Origin: a virus | Taxonomy: Duplodnaviria; Caudoviricetes | Virus record (IMG/VR): IMGVR_UViG_3300022677_000027 | Location: 32,001-96,000 of that record | Strand: one strand, 5' to 3' | Length of the DNA: 64,000 bases | Shown here: one piece after another, positions 18,601-27,323 of the stretch | Layout of the letters: each line of letters starts with the position of its first letter | Numbering within the stretch: the first letter of the stretch is position 1 | Program-made: the position numbers and the translations under genes | The notes under the pieces: generated by a model | The model's input: only the letters and a program-made list of their open reading frames with translations | Database searches by the model: none | Told to the model about the DNA's origin: nothing

Positions 18601-21600
18601 GTTCATATGTGATCATACTCCCTATGTCATCGCCCATTTGGTTTCTGTATAGTTCTATCGAATCACGAAGTTGTTCATACACCTCAATTGAGTTAGTGCG
18701 CCATTTGTCCAAATTCCTTATATCTTCTTCTCTCTCTTCTTCGGTTTCTTCCCTAGATTTCCTAAGAGCTTTAAAATTTTCCTCCATAGTTTTAGAAGGG
18801 CGCATTTCCCAGTACCATTCTTCAGGAACTAAATACTCCTTCGTACTTTTGCGATACTCCTTCATAGCTTCTGTAGCATCACTTAAAGTTATTCTAAGTG
18901 TTTTCAGCTCATCCGGCATAGTTTCTGCAAACCTAGCCTTCGCGAGCTCTCTCGTGGCTTTCTCAGCTTCTTTCACTTCATCAACATATTTTTGTAATTC
19001 TTCAGTGGTTTTTAATATCGCTTCGCCTTCTTCATCATATCTTTCTATTAGTTGCGTATGGCTGGCCGCTAGATCTTTGGAAGCTTCTGAATCTAATCTC
19101 TTTGCTTCATAATTATCTTCTAACACTCTGGTTAACCTAGCAGCTTCGGTCTCATAAGATGAAGCCTCTGTCAATAGATTGCGATATTCTTGTCTAGCTT
19201 TAGCAAGCTCCGCTCTGTGTTTTTCTAACTGTCTATCAGTGGCTTTTAATTTTTCAACTAAAACAACGAGCGCCGTAGTTGCAACTGTCAATATAAAAAA
19301 CCATTTGCTAATGCCACCTATAGCAAAATTGATTCCTTTAGTTATAAACCTGATCGCTGCAAGAAGCACTGTTATAGCTATGGTGGCATTGACAGCGGCA
19401 CTGGTAACGTCCATCAAAAAACCAGCAACCTCTCTATTCTCCTTAGACCATTCATTAGTAGCCTGAGTTGTATCTGCTATAACTCTAGCCAAATCTCGAT
19501 ACAGTATGACGTATATATCAAAAATCTCCCTACCAAGCTTCTGAAAAGCCTGCGTAAGCCTCATGATGTCTCTTTCTGGCGTAGCCATCATTATCTTAGC
19601 CATTTCTCTGGCTGCATCGCGAGATTCGTTTTCAAGAATACCAATATTTTCTAACAATTCTTCTACATTCTCTGCTAGTTGAATAAATGCTTTGGCACCA
19701 CGTAAACCAAGTCTTTCAAAAATTTGACCAACTTCATCAGAAGTTAAAGCACCAAACTCCAACTGTTCATTAACTTGCTTTAATATATCTATAAAATCTA
19801 ATGGCTTATCATAAGCTATCTCTATATCGAAAGCTTTAGCAAATTCATAAGATTGTCTAGTAATTCTGCTCAGAACAGACTGCACACTACGCCCTGCAAT
19901 GCCAGATTTAATCATATGGTCGTTAAGGGTGCCAAGAATAGCAGCTATTTGGTGAAACTGTAAATTTGAAGCCTTGCCAGCCGCAGTAAGATGTTTCAAT
20001 CCTTCTCTGAGCTCATTCATCTCCACTTGGTGGTCTCTAAATGTCGCCACCATTACATCATTTATGTACTGAAAAGATTCCTGTAATGATACAACATGCT
20101 CGATCTGATCAGCAAAATTATTATAAACTCCAGCAACAGCTTTGGTGTATTCTGTGACATCTTCTTCAACGCCCACTATCGCATCCATAGTAGACTTAAG
20201 AGCAGCCAATGATTCTTCAGCAGATAAGCCAGCACTGCCTAACTGATAAAGCATCTCGCCAGCCTCCTCGGAGCTAACTCCCATTCTTATCATGGTGGCT
20301 TCCATGGCTTCTATGTAATCACGCTGCACATGGGCAGTGGCCATCATTTCAGAACGAGATGTCCTCATGGCTCTGGCGACTTGTGTTTGCAAATCTATAA
20401 CACTACTCAACATTTCTTGAAATTGTCTAAGAACGCCAAACATCACAGCATAGCCAGCAATCCAAGCCATCTGTGATTTTAACATATTCTTAAAACCAAG
20501 TAATGTTGAACGCAAATCACCTCGCATCTGTTCAGAGTTTCCTGAAAATAGCTTCATTTGCTCATTGACATCTTGATATCTTTTCTGCGTATCAGCAAGA
20601 TCCTTCGCGACTCTTCTTTGCTGCCTGGCAGTTTCTTTGGCTGCCGATGATTGCCCCTTCCCTTCTCGTATATAGTTTCTCTGTACTTCATTTAGGCCAG
20701 CTAGTTGGTTTTGCAAAGTCTTAACCTGTTTTGTCAAATTCTCGTGCAATGGCTGTATTTTTTCAAGTTGTAAAGAACTAAAAATCCTACCCTTTGTCAG
20801 TGCTGTTTCTTCCCTCCTGAGCTCTCTTATGGTCTTTGTATATTTCCTCTGCACATCTTCCCCAAGCGCAACATCTTTATGCAGTGCCGCCCCTCTTCTA
20901 GTAAGAACCTGCATTGCCTCGCTTACATCCTTAACCTGTCTGGTTCCTATGCCCATTTCGTCAAAATAATCACGAAATCTTCCAGCCAATCCACCAAGTT
21001 GTTCCCCAGTCCCCTGCGTAGAGTTCATAGCCGTTACCATTGCCGTATTGTACTCATCTATGGCTTCATTAGTAACCAACATAGACTTCTGATATTCTTT
21101 TACCTTACGATCTGCTTTTTCAAGTGGCTTGAGTTCTTCTTTTTCAGCTTCGGTCAAAGAAGTCATTCTTTTTAATTGCCGAAGCCTTTGTACGTCCGCC
21201 TGAGTCTGTGTTCTTTTAAGTTTTTCCAGCTTTGCTTCTGCCGCTTGTGCTTGTTTTTGTAATTTAACATATTCTGCCATCTCCATATTAATCTTTTCTT
21301 GTGCTTCTATGGCTTTAAAATGTTTAGAGGTACGCACACTCTCTATATTGACAACCTGAGACATCCACTTAGCCATTTTTTGAACTTCTTGGTTTGCCCT
21401 TTGGACCCTATGTTGTGTAACATCTATCTCCTTATTAAAAGCTATAGCCTCCAACACAATTTGATTCATTGATTGTTCATAACCAGTCATAACGCCTTTC
21501 CACTCAGTAGGTACTGCTATTTGGCCTCTAACCATCCCTCCTGAAGGAAATTCAGGTCCTCCTCGCCCTCCGCCACCGACGCCTCCGCCACCAACACCTC

Positions 21601-23674
21601 CTCCGGCAGCCACAGCAGATCTTACTGCATTGGCTGTTCTTTCCGACGCAGAAGCAGAAGCTTGCCTGGCTTCTCGCTCCCTGCTAGCTTGCTCTGTAAG
21701 CGTTGTTTGCGCCTTTACTTGTCTTTTCTGTGAAGCTTCTTGTTTAAGTTCTTCATTCGCTATTTTCTTAGCAGACTCCAATTCCTGCTGCATATAAGTC
21801 GCAGTCACTTTTTCCTTTGCTGCTCTTTGTTCCGGTGTGCGAGTTGGCATTTCTGCGGTTCTTGCTCCGGCGACTTGGCCAGCCAATCTATCTCTTATTT
21901 CTTTCATACTGGCTAAGTCACCTTCTATGTTCATTCTATAGCCCTCTACGGTCTCAACTCCTGGGAATACACCTTTTAATCCTTCAGCATAAAACTTTTG
22001 AACTTGAATGAGTATAGATCTCATAGATTCCAAAGTCTCTTTTCCTGTCTTGAGATCTATAACAAATCCTTTCGTACCTATCTTACCCGTAATATCAGCA
22101 ATGCCCTGAACAGTCAACCCCCATTGGTCTACAGCTCGTTTGAAATAGGCAGCATCTTCTGATGTGCCAAGTCTTTCAATGTTTTTAACAATATTTTGCA
22201 CCATGGCCCTGTGCTGCTCAGGAATTCGTTTTTCAAACGCTAGACCCGTAGTGCCTTTGGGAGCCATAACTTCTACAGGCGCTATTGGCTTCTCTACCTG
22301 TAAGCGTATCTCCTTTAACCCTCTTCTGTATGACAAGCCCTGCTCCCTTATTTTGGCTCTCATGAATTCTATAGCAGAACGTATATTCTTCTCAACACCA
22401 GTATATATCTTATCTGCCATGTTGCGAACCCACGGTTCGTCAGCTATTTGGGCTTTTGCTGCCACTTCCATAAATTCTCTGCGTGCAAATTCAGCCTGGG
22501 GTTTTATAGCAGCTAATAGTTTTTTCTCTGCTTCCGGGCTACCATATTTTCTGAACATTTCTTGAAAGGATCGCTTAAGTTCTCCCCCTCTAGTTGCTAT
22601 ACTTTGTTGAAAAAATTTAGCCATCGATTCGTGCATAAGCGTCCCTCTGAACGCGCCCATAGCTGCTTGTGGACCCATTGCCCCTCCTATAGCTGGGAAA
22701 CCACCTCCTGTTCCCCATTTAGCCATAGCTGTAGCACTGAGGGGTCTGATCCCGCCCATTGCTTCTACAGATTGCTCATATTTTCCCCTCATTCTATTGA
22801 TATATGTTTGCAAATCTTCATGGCCTTTTTGGGTATCATTCTTCATCATGCCAAAGAATTTCAATGCTCCTTCAGCTTGCTCAGGTACTTTGCTTAGCGG
22901 ATCTATCATTTGCATTAAAAAGCGATCAACCTCTTTTTGCGCATTCTCTATAGTTGGTTTATCTAATATTTCCGCAACAGCCGATTGCCCTGCTGCCCGT
23001 ATTTCTGGCGTTCTAAAAGTGTGCGCTTTAGGTTCCGCCATGGGAGTTGCCACTGCTACACCAGCACCTCCCCCACCACCGGGCGGATACATGCCACGTA
23101 TATCTAGTTTGAGTTTCGAAATTCGCTCAAGAGCCCTCGAAATCGTCAATATATCACTTTTGACGTCACACAGAGATATTATCTGGCCTATTACGCCATA
23201 AGACCTTGGCTCTGTATGTACTACTTTATTTATCTGTGTTAGATGTTCCGCAACAGTCCTGAGGCACTTGCCAGTCTCGCAAAGTTCTTTAAAGCTCTTA
23301 GCCCATGATTTCACAGCAGCTTGGCCTTTTTGCATCTCTGAACTCTGACTCTTACTGGCTTCTCCAATACTACGCAATTCTGTAGAAAACCGCTTCAGCT
23401 CACCACTTATTCCAACAGTTGCTTCGGAAGCCCACGCCATATTAGCCATAGCACGACCAACTCTTTGGAGATTGCCTATAGTTGGACCTCCAAGCTGGTT
23501 TATGCTGGTGGCAAAATTTCGAACATTCCTAACAGCTCTTTGCAAACCACCAGAACTTCTCGAAATCTGATTGACCTCAGTTACAATTTGCTTTATAGAC
23601 TTCAAATCACGAGAAAAGCTTCTGAGCTCTTTTGGCAGATATTCAGTTTTTATCCTGAAAATGGCTTCAGTCAT
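15677..23674 (-). CDS. Tape measure protein, 2665 aa
   Basis: Long helical protein with a TP901-type core (AGEMLYQLGSAGLSAEES, IKSGIAGRSVQSVL), a hydrophobic segment, and C-terminal DSVPIMAMPGEYFV. Confidence 0.95.
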   Translation of the reverse strand: MTEAIFRIKTEYLPKELRSFSRDLKSIKQIVTEVNQISRSSGGLQRAVRNVRNFATSINQLGGPTIGNLQRVGRAMANMAWASEATVGISGELKRFSTELRSIGEASKSQSSEMQKGQAAVKSWAKSFKELCETGKCLRTVAEHLTQINKVVHTEPRSYGVIGQIISLCDVKSDILTISRALERISKLKLDIRGMYPPGGGGGAGVAVATPMAEPKAHTFRTPEIRAAGQSAVAEILDKPTIENAQKEVDRFLMQMIDPLSKVPEQAEGALKFFGMMKNDTQKGHEDLQTYINRMRGKYEQSVEAMGGIRPLSATAMAKWGTGGGFPAIGGAMGPQAAMGAFRGTLMHESMAKFFQQSIATRGGELKRSFQEMFRKYGSPEAEKKLLAAIKPQAEFARREFMEVAAKAQIADEPWVRNMADKIYTGVEKNIRSAIEFMRAKIREQGLSYRRGLKEIRLQVEKPIAPVEVMAPKGTTGLAFEKRIPEQHRAMVQNIVKNIERLGTSEDAAYFKRAVDQWGLTVQGIADITGKIGTKGFVIDLKTGKETLESMRSILIQVQKFYAEGLKGVFPGVETVEGYRMNIEGDLASMKEIRDRLAGQVAGARTAEMPTRTPEQRAAKEKVTATYMQQELESAKKIANEELKQEASQKRQVKAQTTLTEQASREREARQASASASERTANAVRSAVAAGGGVGGGGVGGGGRGGPEFPSGGMVRGQIAVPTEWKGVMTGYEQSMNQIVLEAIAFNKEIDVTQHRVQRANQEVQKMAKWMSQVVNIESVRTSKHFKAIEAQEKINMEMAEYVKLQKQAQAAEAKLEKLKRTQTQADVQRLRQLKRMTSLTEAEKEELKPLEKADRKVKEYQKSMLVTNEAIDEYNTAMVTAMNSTQGTGEQLGGLAGRFRDYFDEMGIGTRQVKDVSEAMQVLTRRGAALHKDVALGEDVQRKYTKTIRELRREETALTKGRIFSSLQLEKIQPLHENLTKQVKTLQNQLAGLNEVQRNYIREGKGQSSAAKETARQQRRVAKDLADTQKRYQDVNEQMKLFSGNSEQMRGDLRSTLLGFKNMLKSQMAWIAGYAVMFGVLRQFQEMLSSVIDLQTQVARAMRTSRSEMMATAHVQRDYIEAMEATMIRMGVSSEEAGEMLYQLGSAGLSAEESLAALKSTMDAIVGVEEDVTEYTKAVAGVYNNFADQIEHVVSLQESFQYINDVMVATFRDHQVEMNELREGLKHLTAAGKASNLQFHQIAAILGTLNDHMIKSGIAGRSVQSVLSRITRQSYEFAKAFDIEIAYDKPLDFIDILKQVNEQLEFGALTSDEVGQIFERLGLRGAKAFIQLAENVEELLENIGILENESRDAAREMAKIMMATPERDIMRLTQAFQKLGREIFDIYVILYRDLARVIADTTQATNEWSKENREVAGFLMDVTSAAVNATIAITVLLAAIRFITKGINFAIGGISKWFFILTVATTALVVLVEKLKATDRQLEKHRAELAKARQEYRNLLTEASSYETEAARLTRVLEDNYEAKRLDSEASKDLAASHTQLIERYDEEGEAILKTTEELQKYVDEVKEAEKATRELAKARFAETMPDELKTLRITLSDATEAMKEYRKSTKEYLVPEEWYWEMRPSKTMEENFKALRKSREETEEEREEDIRNLDKWRTNSIEVYEQLRDSIELYRNQMGDDIGSMITYEQLQENLLALKNFIIEASEVLEKESPYLRVAEKSRGEAKKVLGGFRTLAEDVTAYLRSIGKDADITNLEEVMTSMLSKYREMVVETRMEAKPFTMLPENILGLYETAEDILREKGPLPFFGDPEEMTGEQKAAILDIIEAAIDGWKDGIEGLKAAMEEAFIPEDVMDEYAKRQTRINEDAMFAAKVRLQQLNAILSVSSDVMTLEELRQQLGEEGVKQLRKQLMTYIKTGEIEEGLSSSARKRVEAFKEWFETSVKIGDIEEERLELARKHEIVMSQLADDLRDMWIAALPDVGGLRDIASSYQDESESITQAMQKRHRALKDLTDSEKTMGYENVDIVKKRKEQIESLYTKIIEITKERAKAQREALVEEAEIERRREIEDISMTIEGVTADIDNYISANEELAEIEREARKELLEAERAVEEKRQRLVELERETRAGIELVAEYTKTIEMLKKNQIEGNKETEKEILTKEKNLKMLKEVLERQEIEKNRLEAFIDLYKIIIDAREDSLELTKQEAELKERQLKLEEKSIILETAGEISTLNFMRTQAEYAQKRIKLERMISSAISENLITEARAHELRAKLAERESKALAAARVADSKAMRDRMIKDLGDEGQAILELGIKAEKGFGKAKAVAEGLFKSITDGVWSNVLSLQDLGAEAQKIGATIASGMEDVALAVIQRPDQEIAQTRSEIRRIRSELSELSKKRREVGLTEQEINQYQALNKELRQHNRELDKMKSPMERAKKAWRNLADEVVKQINKMVARLIVLFIWQKLTGLFGSGDSSFSGVASRDFAPKGGGSGLSFGEGTIGGVGAAKGGFVQKELVKFAKMQKGGVVPATKAFRMSGLIRGGTPGVDSVPIMAMPGEYFVRKDLVRHYGLNFFKSLEQKEVGKMQYGGFVQQKPQVNYVPAGDRARSDEGERGGDNYFFIQTNDVDSFRRLLEANGETVSDIALGAIYQDSEENGIVTRKLERRR

Positions 23675-24564
23675 TTTTTCTTCCTATGCTTTTGAAATGC
23701 TGAAAAGTCAGGCTTTCCACCACTGTTCTTGCTACCTGGCGTATTGTCCTGTTCATCTAATATGGCATTACGCTCAGACAATATGGCCTGCTTTACACTA
23801 AAGAAGAAATTACTCTGCTCTAGAGCAGCCCCTTCCACTGGCAAGCTCTTAGCATCATTTATAAATGCAACAGCATTCATAACAGCTATAATCTTAGAAT
23901 CCAAAAGCCTTATGGGACATCTGGTAACAATATCAACACCCTCTACTGCCTGCTTAACTGGTTTGTTGGTGAGCTTTAGAGAAAAATGAGGAGTGGTGGC
24001 GATGCCACATTTAGGACAGGTCTTTTCATGTGTTTGCTTACGACACCTCCGACATGTTCTAGGAGATGTACCATCACAATTACGAACTTTCATTTGCGTG
24101 CTAGAGCATGTTTCGCAACTCCATTGCGCAGCAGTGTGTGATTTGGCTTGATACTCAGTCCATCTTATGGCCAATCTTATCTTGGACCTCATATCATCGT
24201 CAATATTGGAAATATCAGCTATTGCATGAGACAATTCCTCTCTAGCTTCTTGTGGCAAAGCGCTAAAATTTTTTTCAGAAAACTCTATTGGGCTATTATT
24301 ATCTTCGTAGCAGAAGTTTCGCCATCCCACCAGCCCATATCTTAATAACTGTAAATGATAAGAACCTATTTTAATAGAGCTCTCATTTTCATCTCCATCG
24401 CCGGAAACAAGATCTTTGCAGGTAATGTTTTGGAGTATGGACAAAGGCTTGATGCTAAAAATAGTTTTATCTTTCTCAGGCAACATGGCTTCCTCATCCA
24501 AAACATAATCGAACCTATGATTAACATCAAGCCTTAATACCAACGAAGGATTGCCAACAAACAC
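23671..24564 (-). CDS. Tail assembly chaperone 2 with a Zn-finger-like C-terminal extension
   Basis: Precedes the tape measure gene. The N-terminal half is paralogous to 24564..24920 (LRYGLVGWRNF). Contains CETC, CRRC, CPKC and LPVEGAALEQ. Confidence 0.7.
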   Translation of the reverse strand: MFVGNPSLVLRLDVNHRFDYVLDEEAMLPEKDKTIFSIKPLSILQNITCKDLVSGDGDENESSIKIGSYHLQLLRYGLVGWRNFCYEDNNSPIEFSEKNFSALPQEAREELSHAIADISNIDDDMRSKIRLAIRWTEYQAKSHTAAQWSCETCSSTQMKVRNCDGTSPRTCRRCRKQTHEKTCPKCGIATTPHFSLKLTNKPVKQAVEGVDIVTRCPIRLLDSKIIAVMNAVAFINDAKSLPVEGAALEQSNFFFSVKQAILSERNAILDEQDNTPGSKNSGGKPDFSAFQKHRKKK

Positions 24565-24920
24565 TACGCACCTTCTTCTTCGGGCACTCCGCGAATATAA
24601 TTGGCTATCTCGTCTCTTTCAGACGGTGGGATACAACTAAAATTATCCACGTTGAAGGGAATTGGCTCTCCATCTTCAAAAGTAAAGTTCTCCCATCCTT
24701 TTAGACCAATTTTCAAAGCCTCCAAAGCAATAGTCCCGGAAAGAAATCTCTCATTTCTCTTGTCGCCAAAGCCCTGCACATTGTAAATCATATCTCTCAG
24801 CTCAGCCTGCTCTGGCGCTGTCAGGAATCTAACCTTGAATTTGGTCTGTTCTTCCTCTGGTTTTTTCAGATCACATTTACATACGTAAGTGTGGGGTTTG
24901 TCATATCTAATACCTTTCAT
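24564..24920 (-). CDS. Tail assembly chaperone 1
   Basis: ATG 24920 with a GAGGAGG SD (MKGIRYDK). Contains LKIGLKGWENF. Lies between the tail tube and tape measure genes. Confidence 0.75.
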   Translation of the reverse strand: MKGIRYDKPHTYVCKCDLKKPEEEQTKFKVRFLTAPEQAELRDMIYNVQGFGDKRNERFLSGTIALEALKIGLKGWENFTFEDGEPIPFNVDNFSCIPPSERDEIANYIRGVPEEEGA

Positions 24921-25168
24921 TGGTTCTTCCTCCTCTAGTCTTTTTGTCACATAACAACTGATTTTAGTGGCTAATTTCAGCCCATAACCAAGCTTCCAGT
25001 CTTCTATTGCCCGATCACTGAGGCTCTTACCTAAGCAAATAAGGACTTTAAGCCACATAAAGTACATAAATCTTGCAGACGTAATGGGCAAAAAGAAGAC
25101 AACTGCCAATAAATAAAGAAAGGCACCACCTCCTTTACTAAAGAGAATTATGAATAACACTAGACCAC

Positions 25169-27232
25169 CTATACGTATGGCATATGATTCCTTAATGTCA
25201 TTCTACAGTTAGGAATAACATCTTCGTCATCATATAGCGCAACAAAAGGAAAGTCCGTCTGTATTATTTCTGGCCCACCCGCCACAGGGGTAGTGCCAGT
25301 ATATTTGATTTTGGGGAAGAGTATGCTAACGGTATATTGCAAATCGCTTAGATCGCCATCGTCAGCTTTGATGTACTCATCAGAATTGAATTGGAACTCC
25401 AGCTCTGCGGCAATTCCGTTAACAAATTTTCTATATAAATCAAGGTTGTCAAACTCTACGCTAATAGAGCCTTCAACCGCTAGCTGTTGTTCCACTAAAC
25501 CCATGCGCTGTCTGTCACCCAATTCGTATTTATCACCGAACAGGTTATTATTCAGCGTAAAGGAGAGACCCATAACGGGGTGGCGGGAATTGTCCATATA
25601 CACCATGCCTCTCCCACACAAAAAATTGTTCAAGAGAGTGTATGATGCACTAGGATTCTCATCTTTAAAAGAATCTACCTTCCATTTGTCTCCAGCGGTA
25701 AAATTACCTGTTGGGATGTATGGAAACATGACATCAAAGCCAGTATCTACCCTATTCTGGTCATACATGTCATACCATATCCCTTCTTCTATAGTTGTTG
25801 AAGGCCCCCATGAAGAATCATCATTGGAGCATTCAAACCCTGTCCCGGCGGCATTTATCCTTACATAAAATGCCACACTAGCTCCTTGGTCTTGACCCCT
25901 ATAATCTCCTCTAAAACAGGGGCATGAATCCAGATCCAAAGAAGAATCCATTTCAAACGTAGCACTGCCAGTACCACTTATAGTTGTGGCACCAAGGTTT
26001 TCAATATCCGTCGTGGCTCCTGCGTAATTAACAACAGGCTTGTTTACCCAGTCAAATTCCCCACAACATGCCAAAAAAGCAACAAAACCACCAATTACAG
26101 GAACATGGTAGTAATATCCATCGTGCGTGTTGTAGCCACGCTCAGTAGAAAATGCATAGTAATTGTTGCCTCCATCGGTCATATAGAAAACATCTGTAGT
26201 GTCATTATAAGACACCTGTATAGTGTTTGTCGAAGTGCCTGCATAGCTCACGGTCAACACAGGATAAGACCACCCTGTATTACCACTATCAGCTACAGGA
26301 TCACCTACAGTGGTGGCTCCCTTTGACATAAAATTAACGGTGCCAGTGACAAATTCACCAGGAGTTGCATTCATAGTGATTGTATTTACCTTTGATCCAT
26401 AGTAATCAAAAGCCGCAACATCACGACCAACTTCCAGGCTCATGCCCTTGGGAACTTCTGGCACTCTCTCATGGGTCTCAAAAGTGTGGTCAAAAATACC
26501 CCACTTATAGTAAATTGGGAAAAACACCACATGGTCCGCATAGTTATTATTAGGACAAGGAATTGTGCTACAATTCTCTAGTAACCCAGTATGAGAAGCA
26601 TCGCAAACATCTCTGGTTGTACCATCAGTATTGTTTCCGTAATCCTCACTACCGAGCGTAGAACTAGCACTAGATTTATTGCCGACGCTCCTTGCAAAAT
26701 AACCTCCACTAGCGGTATCTGTACCATCTCCCCATGGAGCATAGCAATGCCAATTCGCATCCGTCGCAGCCAGAGCAGTGATTAGTGCCTGACAGTCATG
26801 TGTAGGTAAACCAGCAAAAGTTGTGGCTAGGTCAGTATCTCCGGCCCCAGCACACCCGGCTGAGGTTATACCACTAGAATCTATAGACACTGTTACGTTA
26901 GTTGCGGTCCCTGTGTAGACAAGCACACAAGCAATATCTACACGCTTCGTCCTCACCTTACCAAAGCCATGCTTAAACAAAGCTCCCAAGCCTTCTGGGG
27001 CAAACTCAAAACCTATGTCTCCGCCGGCAGCTTCTGTGCCAATCGTACACTTATGAACAGAACGATCTCTGCGCAGAGCTGCGCTCACAAGGCTTGTGAA
27101 TTCGCTCACTATGCCCTCGGACGTGAATTCGAAGAAGTTAGTAGGCGGGACCTTTGGAAATCCCCACGTGCTTTCCTCAGCATATGCTAGCTGAGACTTT
27201 GCTCCTACGGCTGGTCCAATTGTTCTTACCAT
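25169..27232 (-). CDS. Major tail tube protein, paralogue 2, with large inserted domains
   Basis: QLAYAEESTWG, AAGGDIGFE, YYGSKVNTITMN, LSFTLNNNL, VEGSISVEFD and P+IKYTGTTP. ATG 27232, alternative GTG 27238. Confidence 0.85.
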   Translation of the reverse strand: MVRTIGPAVGAKSQLAYAEESTWGFPKVPPTNFFEFTSEGIVSEFTSLVSAALRRDRSVHKCTIGTEAAGGDIGFEFAPEGLGALFKHGFGKVRTKRVDIACVLVYTGTATNVTVSIDSSGITSAGCAGAGDTDLATTFAGLPTHDCQALITALAATDANWHCYAPWGDGTDTASGGYFARSVGNKSSASSTLGSEDYGNNTDGTTRDVCDASHTGLLENCSTIPCPNNNYADHVVFFPIYYKWGIFDHTFETHERVPEVPKGMSLEVGRDVAAFDYYGSKVNTITMNATPGEFVTGTVNFMSKGATTVGDPVADSGNTGWSYPVLTVSYAGTSTNTIQVSYNDTTDVFYMTDGGNNYYAFSTERGYNTHDGYYYHVPVIGGFVAFLACCGEFDWVNKPVVNYAGATTDIENLGATTISGTGSATFEMDSSLDLDSCPCFRGDYRGQDQGASVAFYVRINAAGTGFECSNDDSSWGPSTTIEEGIWYDMYDQNRVDTGFDVMFPYIPTGNFTAGDKWKVDSFKDENPSASYTLLNNFLCGRGMVYMDNSRHPVMGLSFTLNNNLFGDKYELGDRQRMGLVEQQLAVEGSISVEFDNLDLYRKFVNGIAAELEFQFNSDEYIKADDGDLSDLQYTVSILFPKIKYTGTTPVAGGPEIIQTDFPFVALYDDEDVIPNCRMTLRNHMPYV

Positions 27233-27249
27233 GGTCACTTCTCCTTATA

Positions 27250-27288
27250 AATGTGTGCTGCTTCTGGTTATTAGAAGCAGCACACATT
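27250..27288 (-). terminator. Perfect 16-bp hairpin between the two tail tube genes (weak terminator or processing site)
   Basis: AATGTGTGCTGCTTCT-7nt-AGAAGCAGCACACATT, directly upstream of the AAGGAG SD of paralogue 2. Confidence 0.6.
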
Positions 27289-27323
27289 CTATATTCTAGA
27301 TTATTCTATATCTCCGAGAGCAC

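Noticed and set aside
24560-24620. Programmed -1 frameshift between the tail chaperones
   Set aside because: The frames are compatible with -1, but no X XXY YYZ slippery heptamer lies in the open overlap, and chaperone 2 already has its own chaperone domain.
24921-25160. Hydrophobic 80-aa N-terminal extension of chaperone 1 (holin-like)
   Set aside because: A strong SD precedes ATG 24920, and the upstream stretch is better explained as a structured spacer. Not fully excluded.
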